From assembly GCA_947364715.1 (NCBI GenBank), contig CANAUI010000003.1, positions 13 through 64,012 on the forward strand: a DNA stretch of 64,000 nucleotides, written 5' to 3'. The notes below the pieces were generated by a model. The model was not told the DNA's origin. It saw only the letters and a list, made by a program, of their open reading frames with translations, and made no database searches. This DNA comes from an uncultured Clostridium sp. GTDB taxonomy: Bacteria > Bacillota > Clostridia > TANB77 > CAG-508. The translations under genes were made by a program, and so were the position numbers. Positions 1-10,084 of this stretch are shown piece after piece. The stretch's first letter is position 1; each line of letters opens with the position of its first letter.

Positions 1-57
1 TTAACATCTCTATTCATATATGTCAATACTTTTTTCAAATTTTCTAGTTATAATTAT

Positions 58-89
58 AATTCACAGATGATAGATATTATCTGTGAATT
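58..89 (-). terminator. stem-loop after the 118..1941 ORF
   Basis: AATTCACAGAT/ATCTGTGAATT 11-bp inverted repeat about 30 nt past the stop; U-tract is weak. Confidence 0.35.
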
Positions 90-117
90 AATTTCTTTTA
101 ATATTTTTTTAACTATT

Positions 118-1941
118 TTAATTTTCCATAACTGTTATATAAATATTGGCAACCAAACCTGTTTTTTCGTCATATTCTAATTTAACAGAAAACTCTTTTT
201 TATATTTTTCTTCTATATATTTTATGACACTTTCTGCCAGTTCTGTACTATCTGTACCTTTTTCTATTACCAATCTATATTCCAAAGGAATTTTTTCTTC
301 TTTTTGTTCTTTATAATTAGTTATTCTAATATCTTTCAAATCTTCCTTGGCAATATTAATCAATTCTTTTACTCTTTCTTTTGTAATATGTTCACCTTCA
401 AAAAGTTCAAAAGTTGAATTAAATCTATTCTTTTCTAATTCTGTAACACTTCCTCCACCAGATAAATCTTCTAAATCTTCTTCCATAAAATTTAAATCAA
501 TTAATATTTTATTGATATCTTCCAAAGAAATTACTTCTAATAATTTATTTATCTGATTTGTTATATTTGTATTTACTTTATTTTTTACATTTTCTTTTTG
601 TTCATTATTTAACTTTTCTATTATAATATTATTTTCATTTTCTACTAGTTCTGTTTTATCTTCAAAATTATTGACAATTTTAGTAATAGTTTCTGATTTA
701 ATTTCTATAGAGCTTTGTTCTACACTTCTATCAAAATTGATAATATTTTCTACATTAGCATTTTTCATTTTATTACTAATACTAAATTGATTTGTTGTTT
801 CTTTATCTTCTTTTACTACATTATATTGAATGTTAATTTTTTCATCATTTATTTGTTTTATTTTTTCTACTTTTAAGTCAAAACTATTTTCTTTTTCTTC
901 TTCTTGAATCTTTTCTTCTCCTAATAAGTTTATGTAATTATTATCTTCTTTATTAATAACATACAGTTTTGTAATTTTTTCTTCTGTATCAATAGATAAA
1001 CTAATTGCAACACCATTTGCTTCAAAAACACTTATTGTTCTTTCATTATTTCCAATATTTGAATTTTGTATTTTTTGTATAGTTTTATTTATTTTATCTA
1101 TAAAATTCTGTTTTATATTAATTTTTTTCTCATCTTGCTTCAAATTATAAAATTCATTAATTTTATAATCTATATTTTCCATTTTTGATAATATTGTTTC
1201 ATCTTTTTCTAATTCTTCTAATAATTTTATATAAATATTATTGAATTGTTCTTTTTTTATCATTACACTATATACATTTGTATTATATTGTAATCCGTTA
1301 ATTTCTAATGGTATTTCTGTTTGTTTTGAAAAATTTGCATTTTTAAGATTTTGTATCACAATTCCTATATATTTTTCTTTTAACTTATTCCACTCTTCTG
1401 AATTAAAACTAATCAATCCCAATATATCAGTATGAATCAATTCATATATATTATATAAAACCTCATTGTTTTCTTCATTATTTATATTTGTAGATAAATA
1501 TTGTTTAATTCCATTTAATCTAACACCAACATTGTTTCCTTGTTCAATATATTCAGCTCCGAGTAATGTCTCATCATTTTGTGTTACAGTTATATCTTTA
1601 TAATTATATCCTGTGTTTTTTTCTTCTTCACCTAGTATGTTCATCTGAATGTTATTTATAGGATTAGAATTATCGCCTTTTTTATTGTATTTTATCATAG
1701 TGGTTTTTTCAGATGTCAATTTATTGTTATTCAAAATTTCTTCCATTTCAGACATATGGTCCTTATTAAACATATTATCTACATTATTTAATAATTGTGT
1801 TGCATATTTTTCAAACAATATATCATTTGATTTAAATATATCTGTTGTGGTATATAATGTAATACCTACTATTATAATAATTATTAAAATAATCATTATT
1901 AGTGATATTAGTATTGCTCTTCTTTTTTTCCTTGGCATCAT
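118..1941 (-). CDS. hypothetical membrane-anchored protein (basic N-terminus plus one TM helix, N/E/K-rich remainder)
   Basis: 607-aa ORF with a single N-terminal hydrophobic helix; no family recognised. Confidence 0.7.
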   Translation of the reverse strand: MMPRKKRRAILISLIMIILIIIIIVGITLYTTTDIFKSNDILFEKYATQLLNNVDNMFNKDHMSEMEEILNNNKLTSEKTTMIKYNKKGDNSNPINNIQMNILGEEEKNTGYNYKDITVTQNDETLLGAEYIEQGNNVGVRLNGIKQYLSTNINNEENNEVLYNIYELIHTDILGLISFNSEEWNKLKEKYIGIVIQNLKNANFSKQTEIPLEINGLQYNTNVYSVMIKKEQFNNIYIKLLEELEKDETILSKMENIDYKINEFYNLKQDEKKINIKQNFIDKINKTIQKIQNSNIGNNERTISVFEANGVAISLSIDTEEKITKLYVINKEDNNYINLLGEEKIQEEEKENSFDLKVEKIKQINDEKINIQYNVVKEDKETTNQFSISNKMKNANVENIINFDRSVEQSSIEIKSETITKIVNNFEDKTELVENENNIIIEKLNNEQKENVKNKVNTNITNQINKLLEVISLEDINKILIDLNFMEEDLEDLSGGGSVTELEKNRFNSTFELFEGEHITKERVKELINIAKEDLKDIRITNYKEQKEEKIPLEYRLVIEKGTDSTELAESVIKYIEEKYKKEFSVKLEYDEKTGLVANIYITVMEN

Positions 1942-1957
1942 CTGTGTTTTCCTCCTC

Positions 1958-2722
1958 TTACTTTATCCTTTGTTTCATAGCTTCATATATAACAATTCCT
2001 GCCGAAACAGATGCATTTAAAGATGTCACCTTTCCTTTCATTGGTATTTTTACCAAAAAGTCACAACTTTTTTTAACTCTATCACTCATTCCAGCACCTT
2101 CATTTCCTATTACTATTCCTAAAGGTCCTTTTAAGTCTTGATTGTAATAATACATATCTGTACTTATATCTGTTCCACAAATCCATAAACCATTTTCTTT
2201 TAGTTTTTGTATAGAATCTGTTATATTAGTAACTCTTGCAATTTTCATATATTGAACTGCTCCTGCTGATACTTTATTAACTGTGCTATTTACTGATGCT
2301 GCTCTTCTTTTAGGAATAATAATTCCATGCACTCCTGCTGTTTCAGCTGTTCTTATAATTGAGCCTAAATTATGTGGGTCTTCTATTCCATCTAATATTA
2401 ATATAAATGGTTCTTCGTTTAGCTCTTTTGCTCTATCTAAAATGTCTTCTATCTCACAATATTCAAATGGTGGCACAATTGCAATAACTCCTTGATAATT
2501 TTGATTTTGTGCCATTTGTTCCATTTGCCTTTTATCTTTTTCTACAAGTATTACTTTTCTTTCTTTGGCCATTGCAATAATTTTATTGATAGAGCCATGT
2601 TTTTCTCCTTTTGTTATAAATATTTTATTAATATCTTTACCACTTTCTAATAATTCTAAAACTGCATTTCTTCCTTCTACTTGGTCATCAAATATTTTCT
2701 GATTGTCATTTTGTTCTTTCAT
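1958..2722 (-). CDS. rlmB: SpoU/TrmH-family 23S rRNA (guanosine-2'-O)-methyltransferase RlmB
   Basis: 254 aa; N-terminal substrate-binding domain plus SpoU motifs (NLGSIIRTAE, SLNASVSAGIVIYE). Confidence 0.85.
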   Translation of the reverse strand: MKEQNDNQKIFDDQVEGRNAVLELLESGKDINKIFITKGEKHGSINKIIAMAKERKVILVEKDKRQMEQMAQNQNYQGVIAIVPPFEYCEIEDILDRAKELNEEPFILILDGIEDPHNLGSIIRTAETAGVHGIIIPKRRAASVNSTVNKVSAGAVQYMKIARVTNITDSIQKLKENGLWICGTDISTDMYYYNQDLKGPLGIVIGNEGAGMSDRVKKSCDFLVKIPMKGKVTSLNASVSAGIVIYEAMKQRIK

Positions 2723-2821
2723 TTATTTACTTTCTCCTTTATAAAATGTCTCTTTTTTGTTATTTCTATTTACTAAAATCATTTACTTAAAAATTTTATT
2801 TTGTGATATATTTTTGTCCTT

Positions 2822-4633
2822 TTATTCATCATCCAATTTTAATACTGATAAAAATGCTTCTTGAGGAATTTCTACATTTCCAATTTCACGCATCTTCTTT
2901 TTTCCTCGTTTTTGTTTTTCTAAAAGTTTTTTCTTCCTTGTAATATCACCACCATAGCATTTTGCTAAAACATCTTTCCTCATAGCAGATATAGTTTCTC
3001 TTGCTATAATTTTTCCACCTATTGCTGCTTGAATAGGAATTTTAAATAATTTTCTTGGAATAACTGTTTTTAATTTTTCCACCATTTTCTTTCCTCTATC
3101 ATAAGCACTGTCTTTGTGAACAATAAAACTTAAAGCATCTACTAGTTCTCCATTTATATAGATATCTAATTTTACTAAATCTGACCTTCTATATTCTTTA
3201 AATTCATAGTCTAAAGAGGCATACCCTTTGGTTTTTGATTTTAAGTTGTCAAAAAAGTCATATATAATTTCATTTAATGGTATTTCATATATTAATGTAA
3301 CTCTATTTTCATCTAAATATTTCATATCTATATAAATACCTCTTCTTCTTTGACACAATTCCATGATATTCCCTACATATTCCTTTGGTGTTAGTATATT
3401 AGCTGTTACATATGGCTCTTCTATATAAGATATTTCTTGTGGTGTTGGTAAATCTTCTGGATTATAAAGTTCTATAACTTCTCCTGTTGTTTTATATATT
3501 TTATATATAACAGATGGTGCAGTTGTAATCAATCCTAAATCAAATTCTCTATCAATTCTTTCTTCAATAATTTCTAAATGTAATAATCCTAAAAATCCAC
3601 AACGGAATCCAAATCCTAATGCTACTGATGTTTCTTGTTCAAATTCTAAAGCTGAATCATTTAATTTTAACTTTTCAAGTGCTTCTTTTAAATCTTCATA
3701 TTGGCTACCATCTATTGGATATAGTCCACAATATACCATAGGAGTTACTTTTTTATATCCTTTTAAAGGCTCATTGGCAGGGTTTTCTTTTAAAGTGATT
3801 GTATCTCCTACATGAATATCTGATAAACTTTTAATACTTGCCGAAATATACCCTACTTCTCCAGCTTTAATTTCTGATACTGGCATATAAGAGCCTGGAA
3901 TAAAATATCCTACTTCTGCAACAGTAAATACTTTGTTTGTTGCCATTAGTTTAATTTCATCTCCGACTTTTATTGTTCCATCTATTACTCTCACATATGC
4001 TACTGCACCTTTATAATTATCATAATAAGAGTCAAAAATTAAACATTTTGTTTTTGCAGTTTCATCTCCTTTTGGTGCTGGTAAGTCTGTAACAATTTTT
4101 TCTAATACTTCTTCTACATTTAGTCCAGTTTTTGCAGAAATACATGGTGCATCTTCTGCAAGTATTCCAATAATATCTTCTATTTCTTGTTTTACTTCAT
4201 CTACTCTAGCATTTGGTAAGTCGATTTTATTTAATACTGGTAATATTTCTAAATTGTTATCAATTGCTAAATATACATTTGCTAGTGTTTGTGCTTCTAC
4301 ACCTTGACTACTATCTACAACTAAAATTGCTCCATCACAAGCTGCTAAACTTCTAGATACTTCATAATTAAAATCTACATGTCCAGGTGTATCAATTAAA
4401 TTAAAGGTATATTCTTGTCCATCTTTTGCTTTATAAATCATCCTAACTGCTTGTGACTTTATAGTTATACCTCTTTCTTTTTCGATTTCCATATTATCTA
4501 ACACTTGGCTTTCCATTTCTCTTTTTGATAATACACCTGTCATTTCAATTAATCTATCTGCTAATGTAGATTTCCCATGGTCTATATGTGCAATAATACT
4601 AAAATTTCTTATATTTTCTTGTCTGCTATTCAT
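2822..4633 (-). CDS. lepA: elongation factor 4 (LepA)
   Basis: G motifs [19 protein letters not shown] and LepA C-terminal domain. Start placed at ATG 4633 ([11 protein letters not shown]); the TTG-extended ORF to 4663 reads through the leader. Confidence 0.95.
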   Translation of the reverse strand: MNSRQENIRNFSIIAHIDHGKSTLADRLIEMTGVLSKREMESQVLDNMEIEKERGITIKSQAVRMIYKAKDGQEYTFNLIDTPGHVDFNYEVSRSLAACDGAILVVDSSQGVEAQTLANVYLAIDNNLEILPVLNKIDLPNARVDEVKQEIEDIIGILAEDAPCISAKTGLNVEEVLEKIVTDLPAPKGDETAKTKCLIFDSYYDNYKGAVAYVRVIDGTIKVGDEIKLMATNKVFTVAEVGYFIPGSYMPVSEIKAGEVGYISASIKSLSDIHVGDTITLKENPANEPLKGYKKVTPMVYCGLYPIDGSQYEDLKEALEKLKLNDSALEFEQETSVALGFGFRCGFLGLLHLEIIEERIDREFDLGLITTAPSVIYKIYKTTGEVIELYNPEDLPTPQEISYIEEPYVTANILTPKEYVGNIMELCQRRRGIYIDMKYLDENRVTLIYEIPLNEIIYDFFDNLKSKTKGYASLDYEFKEYRRSDLVKLDIYINGELVDALSFIVHKDSAYDRGKKMVEKLKTVIPRKLFKIPIQAAIGGKIIARETISAMRKDVLAKCYGGDITRKKKLLEKQKRGKKKMREIGNVEIPQEAFLSVLKLDDE

Positions 4634-4693
4634 TTTTAATCTCATTCCTTTCACAAGGCACAAACTGGTTGATATTGTAATTATTCTTCAACC
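4634..4693 (-). promoter_or_regulatory. conserved 60-nt 5' leader, copy 1 (upstream of lepA)
   Basis: about 52/60 identical to 5114..5173; stem GGUUGA/UCAACC followed by CUU-GUGA-AAG hairpin overlapping the SD region. Confidence 0.55.
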
Positions 4694-4721
4694 TTCCTCC
4701 ATCTATACTTTGATAATTGTC

Positions 4722-4750
4722 ATTCTAACATAAATTAGCAAAAACCTCAA
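4722..4750 (-). promoter_or_regulatory. sigmaA-type promoter of lepA
   Basis: minus-strand TTGAGG, 17 nt, TGtTAGAAT (extended -10), about 88 nt upstream of the ATG. Confidence 0.5.
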
Positions 4751-4774
4751 TAGTTTGTTTTTTTATTCTTCAAA

Positions 4775-5113
4775 TTAACTTATTAGATATCCTTCATATA
4801 AATTATATACATTTAGATATCCTAATCTTTTTAATATTTTCTGTGCTTTTTTACTTCTTCCTCCTGAACTACAATAAACAACTATTATTTTATTTTTATC
4901 TAATACTATATTTTCTATTTCTTTTTTTATCTCATATTCTGGAATAGAAATAGAACCATCTATATGTCCTTCTCTATACTCTTGTGGACTTCTTACATCT
5001 ATAACAATTGCCCCATCTTTTTGCAGTTGTTTCAATTCATTTATTGTTATATCTTTATCTTCTATTTCTCTATACCATTTATTTTTCAAGATTTTTTTTA
5101 TTTTATTTATCAT
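4775..5113 (-). CDS. rhodanese-domain sulfurtransferase
   Basis: about 112 aa from ATG 5113; active-site loop VVYCSSGGRS (CxxGxR). Confidence 0.85.
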   Translation of the reverse strand: MINKIKKILKNKWYREIEDKDITINELKQLQKDGAIVIDVRSPQEYREGHIDGSISIPEYEIKKEIENIVLDKNKIIVVYCSSGGRSKKAQKILKRLGYLNVYNLYEGYLIS

Positions 5114-5173
5114 ATTTAATCTCATTCCTTTCACAAGACACAAACTGGTCGAAATCGTAATTATTTCTTAACC
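5114..5173 (-). promoter_or_regulatory. conserved 60-nt 5' leader, copy 2 (upstream of rhodanese gene)
   Basis: paralogous to 4634..4693; TAGAAT -10-like hexamer at 5205..5210, at the same distance as in copy 1. Confidence 0.55.
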
Positions 5174-5241
5174 TTTTACCAAAATGTATTTATATATACA
5201 TTATATTCTAATATATGCTTTTTGTTTCTAAATATATTAAT

Positions 5242-5788
5242 TTATTCACATATTTCTTTTTTATCCACAATCCTTTTTTTGCATAATTCTACATATTAAT
5301 ATAATATTTTACTTTTTTCTAATGACATTATTATTACATATTTATTTCAAACATATTTGTCTTATAATTCAAAATAAGATATTTTTCCATATTTTTATCA
5401 AAATTTCTTATATATTCATCATTTTTCGCATTTTTTTATTACATTCTTTTTTCATATTAATGACAAATTGATATATTTTTATGTTTTATGTATATCTATT
5501 TAACTCTTTTTTTGTAATATTTATCCACTTTTACCATCTGTGGATACTGTGGATAACTTTGTGAATAATTGAAAATACTGTTTTTTCATTCTTAAGTTGT
5601 TCACATTCTTTTTTTGCTTTATTTTTTTTGCTATTTTTTATTAATTTATTTTCCTAATTATGTGTACTAAAAATATTAAAATATATTCTTTTATAACCAG
5701 TGGAATATATTTTTGTTATATAGAAAATCCTATACAACAAAAATAACTTGTGAATTCTAAAATATTTCAATATCTTAGTATATCCACA
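5242..5788. promoter_or_regulatory. DnaA-box cluster (at least 7 boxes)
   Basis: Perfect TTATCCACA at 5261-5269 (+) and 5548-5556 (-). One-mismatch boxes at 5242-5250, 5521-5529, 5539-5547, 5560-5568 and 5780-5788. Confidence 0.7.
5697..5746. repeat. intergenic stem-loop repeat, fragment G
   Basis: GTGGAATATATTTTTGTTATATAGAAAAT..TATACAACAAAAA matches 9024..9072. Confidence 0.6.
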
Positions 5789-5833
5789 AGTCATTTTTTA
5801 TTATTGTACTAAATCTATACAAGTAATATGTAT

Positions 5834-6088
5834 TTAGAAAAAAGTCCAATAAATTGCTAATATAATTTCTAAAATAGTTATAAATGGCAAGCCTACTACA
5901 AATTGCAACTTTTGTGTTTTATGTCGAAAAATGTACATTCCACTAATTGTTCCTATTCCACCACCTAATGCAGTTATAAAAAACAAGGTTTTTTCTGGAA
6001 TTCTCCAAGCTCCTTTTTTTGCTTTTTGCTTATCTATGAACATAATTAGAAAACCAATTATATTAATTCCTATCAAGTAAATAATCAT
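5834..6088 (-). CDS. DUF1294-family small membrane protein
   Basis: 84 aa; FIDKQKAKKGAWRIPEKTL ... FRHKT pattern typical of DUF1294. Confidence 0.75.
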   Translation of the reverse strand: MIIYLIGINIIGFLIMFIDKQKAKKGAWRIPEKTLFFITALGGGIGTISGMYIFRHKTQKLQFVVGLPFITILEIILAIYWTFF

Positions 6089-6109
6089 ATTTTTAATTTA
6101 TATCCCCCT

Positions 6110-6673
6110 TTACATATGAAATTGCCTAATAATTGCTTCTTTTAAATCTCTTGCTGAAAGAGCAATAGTTAATATAAAATTCATAATACAAATTGCGATA
6201 GCAACATAACTCAAAATATAGTTACCAATTAATTCTTCTTGCACAAAATAAATTGGTAGAAAACTATAAATACAAATAAATAATTGATATATAGCATATC
6301 TTACATATTTTTTATGACTAACAATAGTTAATATTAACATTGTTACATTTGCTATTATTATAATAATAGGGATTGAAATTTCTAAAGACCATCCTTTAAA
6401 TCCCAAATTATAATCTATATATGTTGTTAAAAATGAAATAGCAATTGCTTGTATCATAACATGACCTGCAATATTAGTTCTTTTATTTATGGAATATTTT
6501 ACAATTATCCAAACATATATAATTCCACTGTTAGCAAGTGCTGACCAATGAATTTCAGGTGTGGTTAATTTATTAATAATTGTTAATATAATAGCGATAA
6601 TCAATGAAACTGCTAATAATATTTTTATTAATAAATTACTTTTTTTACTACTTAATTTCTTAGGATATAACAT
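6110..6673 (-). CDS. polytopic membrane protein, function unknown
   Basis: 187 aa with about 5 predicted TM helices; translationally coupled context with flanking genes. Confidence 0.65.
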   Translation of the reverse strand: MLYPKKLSSKKSNLLIKILLAVSLIIAIILTIINKLTTPEIHWSALANSGIIYVWIIVKYSINKRTNIAGHVMIQAIAISFLTTYIDYNLGFKGWSLEISIPIIIIIANVTMLILTIVSHKKYVRYAIYQLFICIYSFLPIYFVQEELIGNYILSYVAIAICIMNFILTIALSARDLKEAIIRQFHM

Positions 6674-6723
6674 ATATAATTCCTTTCTTATTCTTTTTTT
6701 TATATTATAATTTTTTCACAATT

Positions 6724-8004
6724 TTAAATATCTAAAATTTCATTACTTTCTATTTTAACAGAGATATTTTTTTCTGTTAAAAACTGATAAAAAGCTTTTT
6801 CTATGCTACAATCATCTAAAATAGATGTAAAAGTAAATACAATATGATTTTCAAATGAACATGCTGAACATTTAATTTTTTCTACTGGTTCAGGTGCAAT
6901 TAACATTAAAAACTCTTCAATATATTTTTGATATTTACCAATAATACCAATCCTTCCAATATTTGAAAATGTCGTTGTTGTATATTTTCTAATTTCTAAA
7001 TAGATTAGTCTTATAATTGGCTTTTTTAATACTAATGGTACTATTTTTACAAATAAATTTGTACCTAATTTTACATTTCCAGACATTGTTTTTTGAATTT
7101 CTTCTGATGTTAATTTTCTTTCAAAATCTTTTTTTACAAATGTTAATATTTTATCAAATGTATCTAAATTATCTTTTTGCATATGAGTTTCTACTGTTAT
7201 ATATGAAAAGAAATTGGAAATTGTATTAGAAGAAAAATATTTCTTTAAATTTACTGGTATGCATACTTTTATTGGTTTTTTTCCTTTATTTTTTAAATAA
7301 TTTGCTTTATAAATAGAATATATTAAAACAGCTGTTAAATATTGTGTAATTGTTGCTTCTTTACTTTTAGCTTCTTTTTTTAATTCTTGTAAATCTATTA
7401 TTTCATGTATAGCTGAAATAGCACCTAATTTTATTTTTTTTCCTGCTAATTTATATGCTTTTTTAGATGATTTATTTCCATCAGATTTTTTATTATAATT
7501 TTTTATATAACTATCTTCTATTGACAAATCAAATTTTCTTTTGTTCCTTAATTCTTCTTTAAATTCTTCTTTATGTGAAAGTTCTATATAGTTATAAATA
7601 ATTTCTTTAAAAAACATGATTCCACTATTTCCATCTGTTAAGGAATGAAATATATCAATATTTATTTTTCTATCAAAATATGTAACTTTAAATAAGTATT
7701 GATTATTCCCTTTTGGGTCTATATATTTACAAGGATATTCTTTTTCTTGTTCTATAATTGGTTTTTTAGGGTTATATTCTAGATAATTCCAAAAAAATCC
7801 GTTCTTAAGTCGAACTCTAAAAAATTCGTATTCTTCTAAAGCCTTCTCCACTGCTATTTTTAATATATCTGGTTGTATGCTTTCTTTTAAAATAACAGAT
7901 AATCTAAAAACTGTACTATATTTTTTTCCAGAAGATATTGGAAATATTTTAGCAGAGTTATCTAATTTTCTCCAATATGATTTTTCTTTTTTATCACTCA
8001 TCAT
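6724..8004 (-). CDS. condensation/alcohol-acyltransferase-like enzyme (HxxxDG motif)
   Basis: 426 aa; FHSLTDGNSG matches the HHxxxDG acyltransferase catalytic motif; N-terminal WRKLDNSAKIFP. Confidence 0.6.
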   Translation of the reverse strand: MMSDKKEKSYWRKLDNSAKIFPISSGKKYSTVFRLSVILKESIQPDILKIAVEKALEEYEFFRVRLKNGFFWNYLEYNPKKPIIEQEKEYPCKYIDPKGNNQYLFKVTYFDRKINIDIFHSLTDGNSGIMFFKEIIYNYIELSHKEEFKEELRNKRKFDLSIEDSYIKNYNKKSDGNKSSKKAYKLAGKKIKLGAISAIHEIIDLQELKKEAKSKEATITQYLTAVLIYSIYKANYLKNKGKKPIKVCIPVNLKKYFSSNTISNFFSYITVETHMQKDNLDTFDKILTFVKKDFERKLTSEEIQKTMSGNVKLGTNLFVKIVPLVLKKPIIRLIYLEIRKYTTTTFSNIGRIGIIGKYQKYIEEFLMLIAPEPVEKIKCSACSFENHIVFTFTSILDDCSIEKAFYQFLTEKNISVKIESNEILDI

Positions 8005-8014
8005 TTTCTCCTAA

Positions 8015-8908
8015 CTATTTTTTTAATTCTTCTATGATATCATTATATGCTTGTTTTGTGATTTCTTCTTCTGAATTGTGTTCTATAACCCAAATATGTT
8101 TTGCATTTTTATATTCTTTGATTTCCACATCACCATTTACAAGCTCTGTTTTTTCTTTTAACAAATGACAATCTGGATTTAATATATCTTCTGTTCCAAT
8201 AAATATTTTTATATTTTGTAATGTAGAAACAACACCATCAATAGGGTTTACACAATAACTATTAATTCCATCATTTCCTGCATATGCGATACCTGCTAAT
8301 CTCAATGCTTCTTTATTTAAAATTGTATCCCTTTTTTCTATTTCTTGTATTTTTTCATTTTTTAATCTAATATCTAACCATGGAGAAATTAAAATTGTTT
8401 TTACAGGAAGCTCTACTATTTCTTCTGCCATTTTTTCATATAACCCAAGTGCTAATCCTCCACCTGCTGAGTCTCCCATTAAAATTAAATTTTCACTTCC
8501 TATTTTTTCTACTATTTCTTTGTATAATGGCTCTACCATTTTGTATACATCTTTATAATTGTATTTTGGTGTTAATGGGTAATCTGGCATAATAACAGTA
8601 TATCCTGTATCTTTCACAATGTTTTCTAAAAATATCCAATGATTTTGTGTAGCTTCTCCTACATAAGACCCACCATGAAAATATATTATATATTTTTCAC
8701 TTTTATTTTCTTCTATATTCTTTTTGCTAATTGTAAATACATTTCTTTCCATATATTTATATAGCTCTATATTACATTCTTCTATAGTTTGACTTGGTTT
8801 TATTGTCTCTATATCTGTGTTTAAAAAATACGCTATTGTTAATACTAAAATATTAAGACATATCGCCATAACACCTACAATGACTCTTGTTATTATTGTT
8901 TTTTTCAT
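8015..8908 (-). CDS. alpha/beta hydrolase (family IV/HSL-like esterase) with N-terminal TM anchor
   Basis: HGGSY oxyanion motif and GDSAGG nucleophile elbow. Confidence 0.8.
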   Translation of the reverse strand: MKKTIITRVIVGVMAICLNILVLTIAYFLNTDIETIKPSQTIEECNIELYKYMERNVFTISKKNIEENKSEKYIIYFHGGSYVGEATQNHWIFLENIVKDTGYTVIMPDYPLTPKYNYKDVYKMVEPLYKEIVEKIGSENLILMGDSAGGGLALGLYEKMAEEIVELPVKTILISPWLDIRLKNEKIQEIEKRDTILNKEALRLAGIAYAGNDGINSYCVNPIDGVVSTLQNIKIFIGTEDILNPDCHLLKEKTELVNGDVEIKEYKNAKHIWVIEHNSEEEITKQAYNDIIEELKK

Positions 8909-8960
8909 TTTTTATATCATTCCTTTCTTGCTTCCATTATTACTACATCTTTGAAATTAT

Positions 8961-9072
8961 TTGACCTTTTAGATTTATATGTCTTGTCTTTGTTCTACCA
9001 CAAAAATTTTAAAAGAATTTTGGTGGAATGTATTTTTGTTTTATAGAAAATTGATTTTATATACAACAAAAA
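8961..9072. repeat. intergenic modular stem-loop repeat, copy A
   Basis: GACCTTTTAGAT..GTCTTTGTTC, hairpin CCACAAAAATT/AATTTTGGTGG, then AATG, then second hairpin TTTTTGTTTTATA/TATACAACAAAAA. Confidence 0.65.
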
Positions 9073-9103
9073 CAGCTATATTTGTAATAGCTGTTGATTT
9101 TTT
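9073..9103. terminator. bidirectional intrinsic terminator after xerD
   Basis: CAGCTAT-N7-ATAGCTG flanked by A-run and T-run. Confidence 0.65.
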
Positions 9104-9105
9104 GA

Positions 9106-9987
9106 CTATGCTCTTGGATGTGCTTTTCTATAAATATCTTTTAGTCCTTCATCTTGAAATTGCATATATACTTGTGTAGAAGATATATCTGAATGTCCAA
9201 GCATTGTTTGAATAGCTCTTAAATCTGCACCATTTTGTAGTAAATGTGTTGCAAATGAATGTCTTAATATATGTGGTGTAATTTCTTTTGTAATACGTGC
9301 TTGCTCTTTATAAAATTTAATAATTTTCCAAAATCCTTGTCTTGTCAATCTTCCACCATTTATATTGACAAATAATGCTTCTTCATCTTCATTTTTTATT
9401 AGAATTCCCCTTGCCTCTTCAATATATTCTTTTAAAGCTTTTAATGACATTGAGCCTAATGGAATTATTCTTTGCTTGTTTCCAGTTTTACAAATAACAT
9501 ATGCTTCTTCTAAATTAACATCCTCTATATTTAAAGAAATAATTTCAGTTACTCTCATCCCTGTAGCATAAGCAAATTCTAACATTGCTTTATCTCTAAC
9601 ACCTTTTAAGTCAACATTATCTGGTTGCTTTAATAATAAATCTACTTCTTTTGCTGTCAATACATTTGGTATTCTTTTTTCTATTTTTGGAGATTGAATA
9701 TTAGCAGTTGGATCTACTTTTATCTTTTTATTTTTTAATACAAATTGATAAAAAGAACGAATTGATGCAATACATCTAGAAATACTTGATGCTTTTTTTC
9801 CTTGTTCTTGTAGGATATCAATGTAATTTTGCATATCTTCTTCTTTTACTCTATTATAGTGAATTTCTTTTTCTTCTAAATATTTTCTAAATTGCTTTAA
9901 ATCTCTTTTGTATGATTGTAATGTGTTGTCTGATAATTTCTTATCATTCTCTAAAAAGTTAAAAAAGAATTTTAATTGTCTCTCCAT
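9106..9987 (-). CDS. xerD: site-specific tyrosine recombinase XerD
   Basis: 293 aa; N-terminal SAM-like domain (LSDNTLQSYKRDL); catalytic region RHSFATHLL..GHSDISSTQVY; spoIIM neighbourhood as in Bacillus. Confidence 0.85.
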   Translation of the reverse strand: MERQLKFFFNFLENDKKLSDNTLQSYKRDLKQFRKYLEEKEIHYNRVKEEDMQNYIDILQEQGKKASSISRCIASIRSFYQFVLKNKKIKVDPTANIQSPKIEKRIPNVLTAKEVDLLLKQPDNVDLKGVRDKAMLEFAYATGMRVTEIISLNIEDVNLEEAYVICKTGNKQRIIPLGSMSLKALKEYIEEARGILIKNEDEEALFVNINGGRLTRQGFWKIIKFYKEQARITKEITPHILRHSFATHLLQNGADLRAIQTMLGHSDISSTQVYMQFQDEGLKDIYRKAHPRA

Positions 9988-10084
9988 TTTTTCCCCTACC
10001 TCTAAATATTTTGAATTATATTTACATAACTATATATGTTATATCAAACTATTAAAAAAAAGTAAATACATTTTTCAATATTTC

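Noticed and set aside
4634-5143. Shared N-terminal peptide MCLVKGMRL(K/N)M on LepA and the rhodanese protein
   Set aside because: It is an artefact of TTG-initiated ORF extension through the duplicated leader. Conserved LepA and rhodanese sequence begins at the downstream ATGs (4633 and 5113).
5144-5833. DnaA-box cluster as the chromosomal origin (oriC)
   Set aside because: No dnaA or dnaN is adjacent, and gene orientation does not switch across the region (minus strand on both sides for more than 5 kb). This cannot be excluded without whole-genome skew data.
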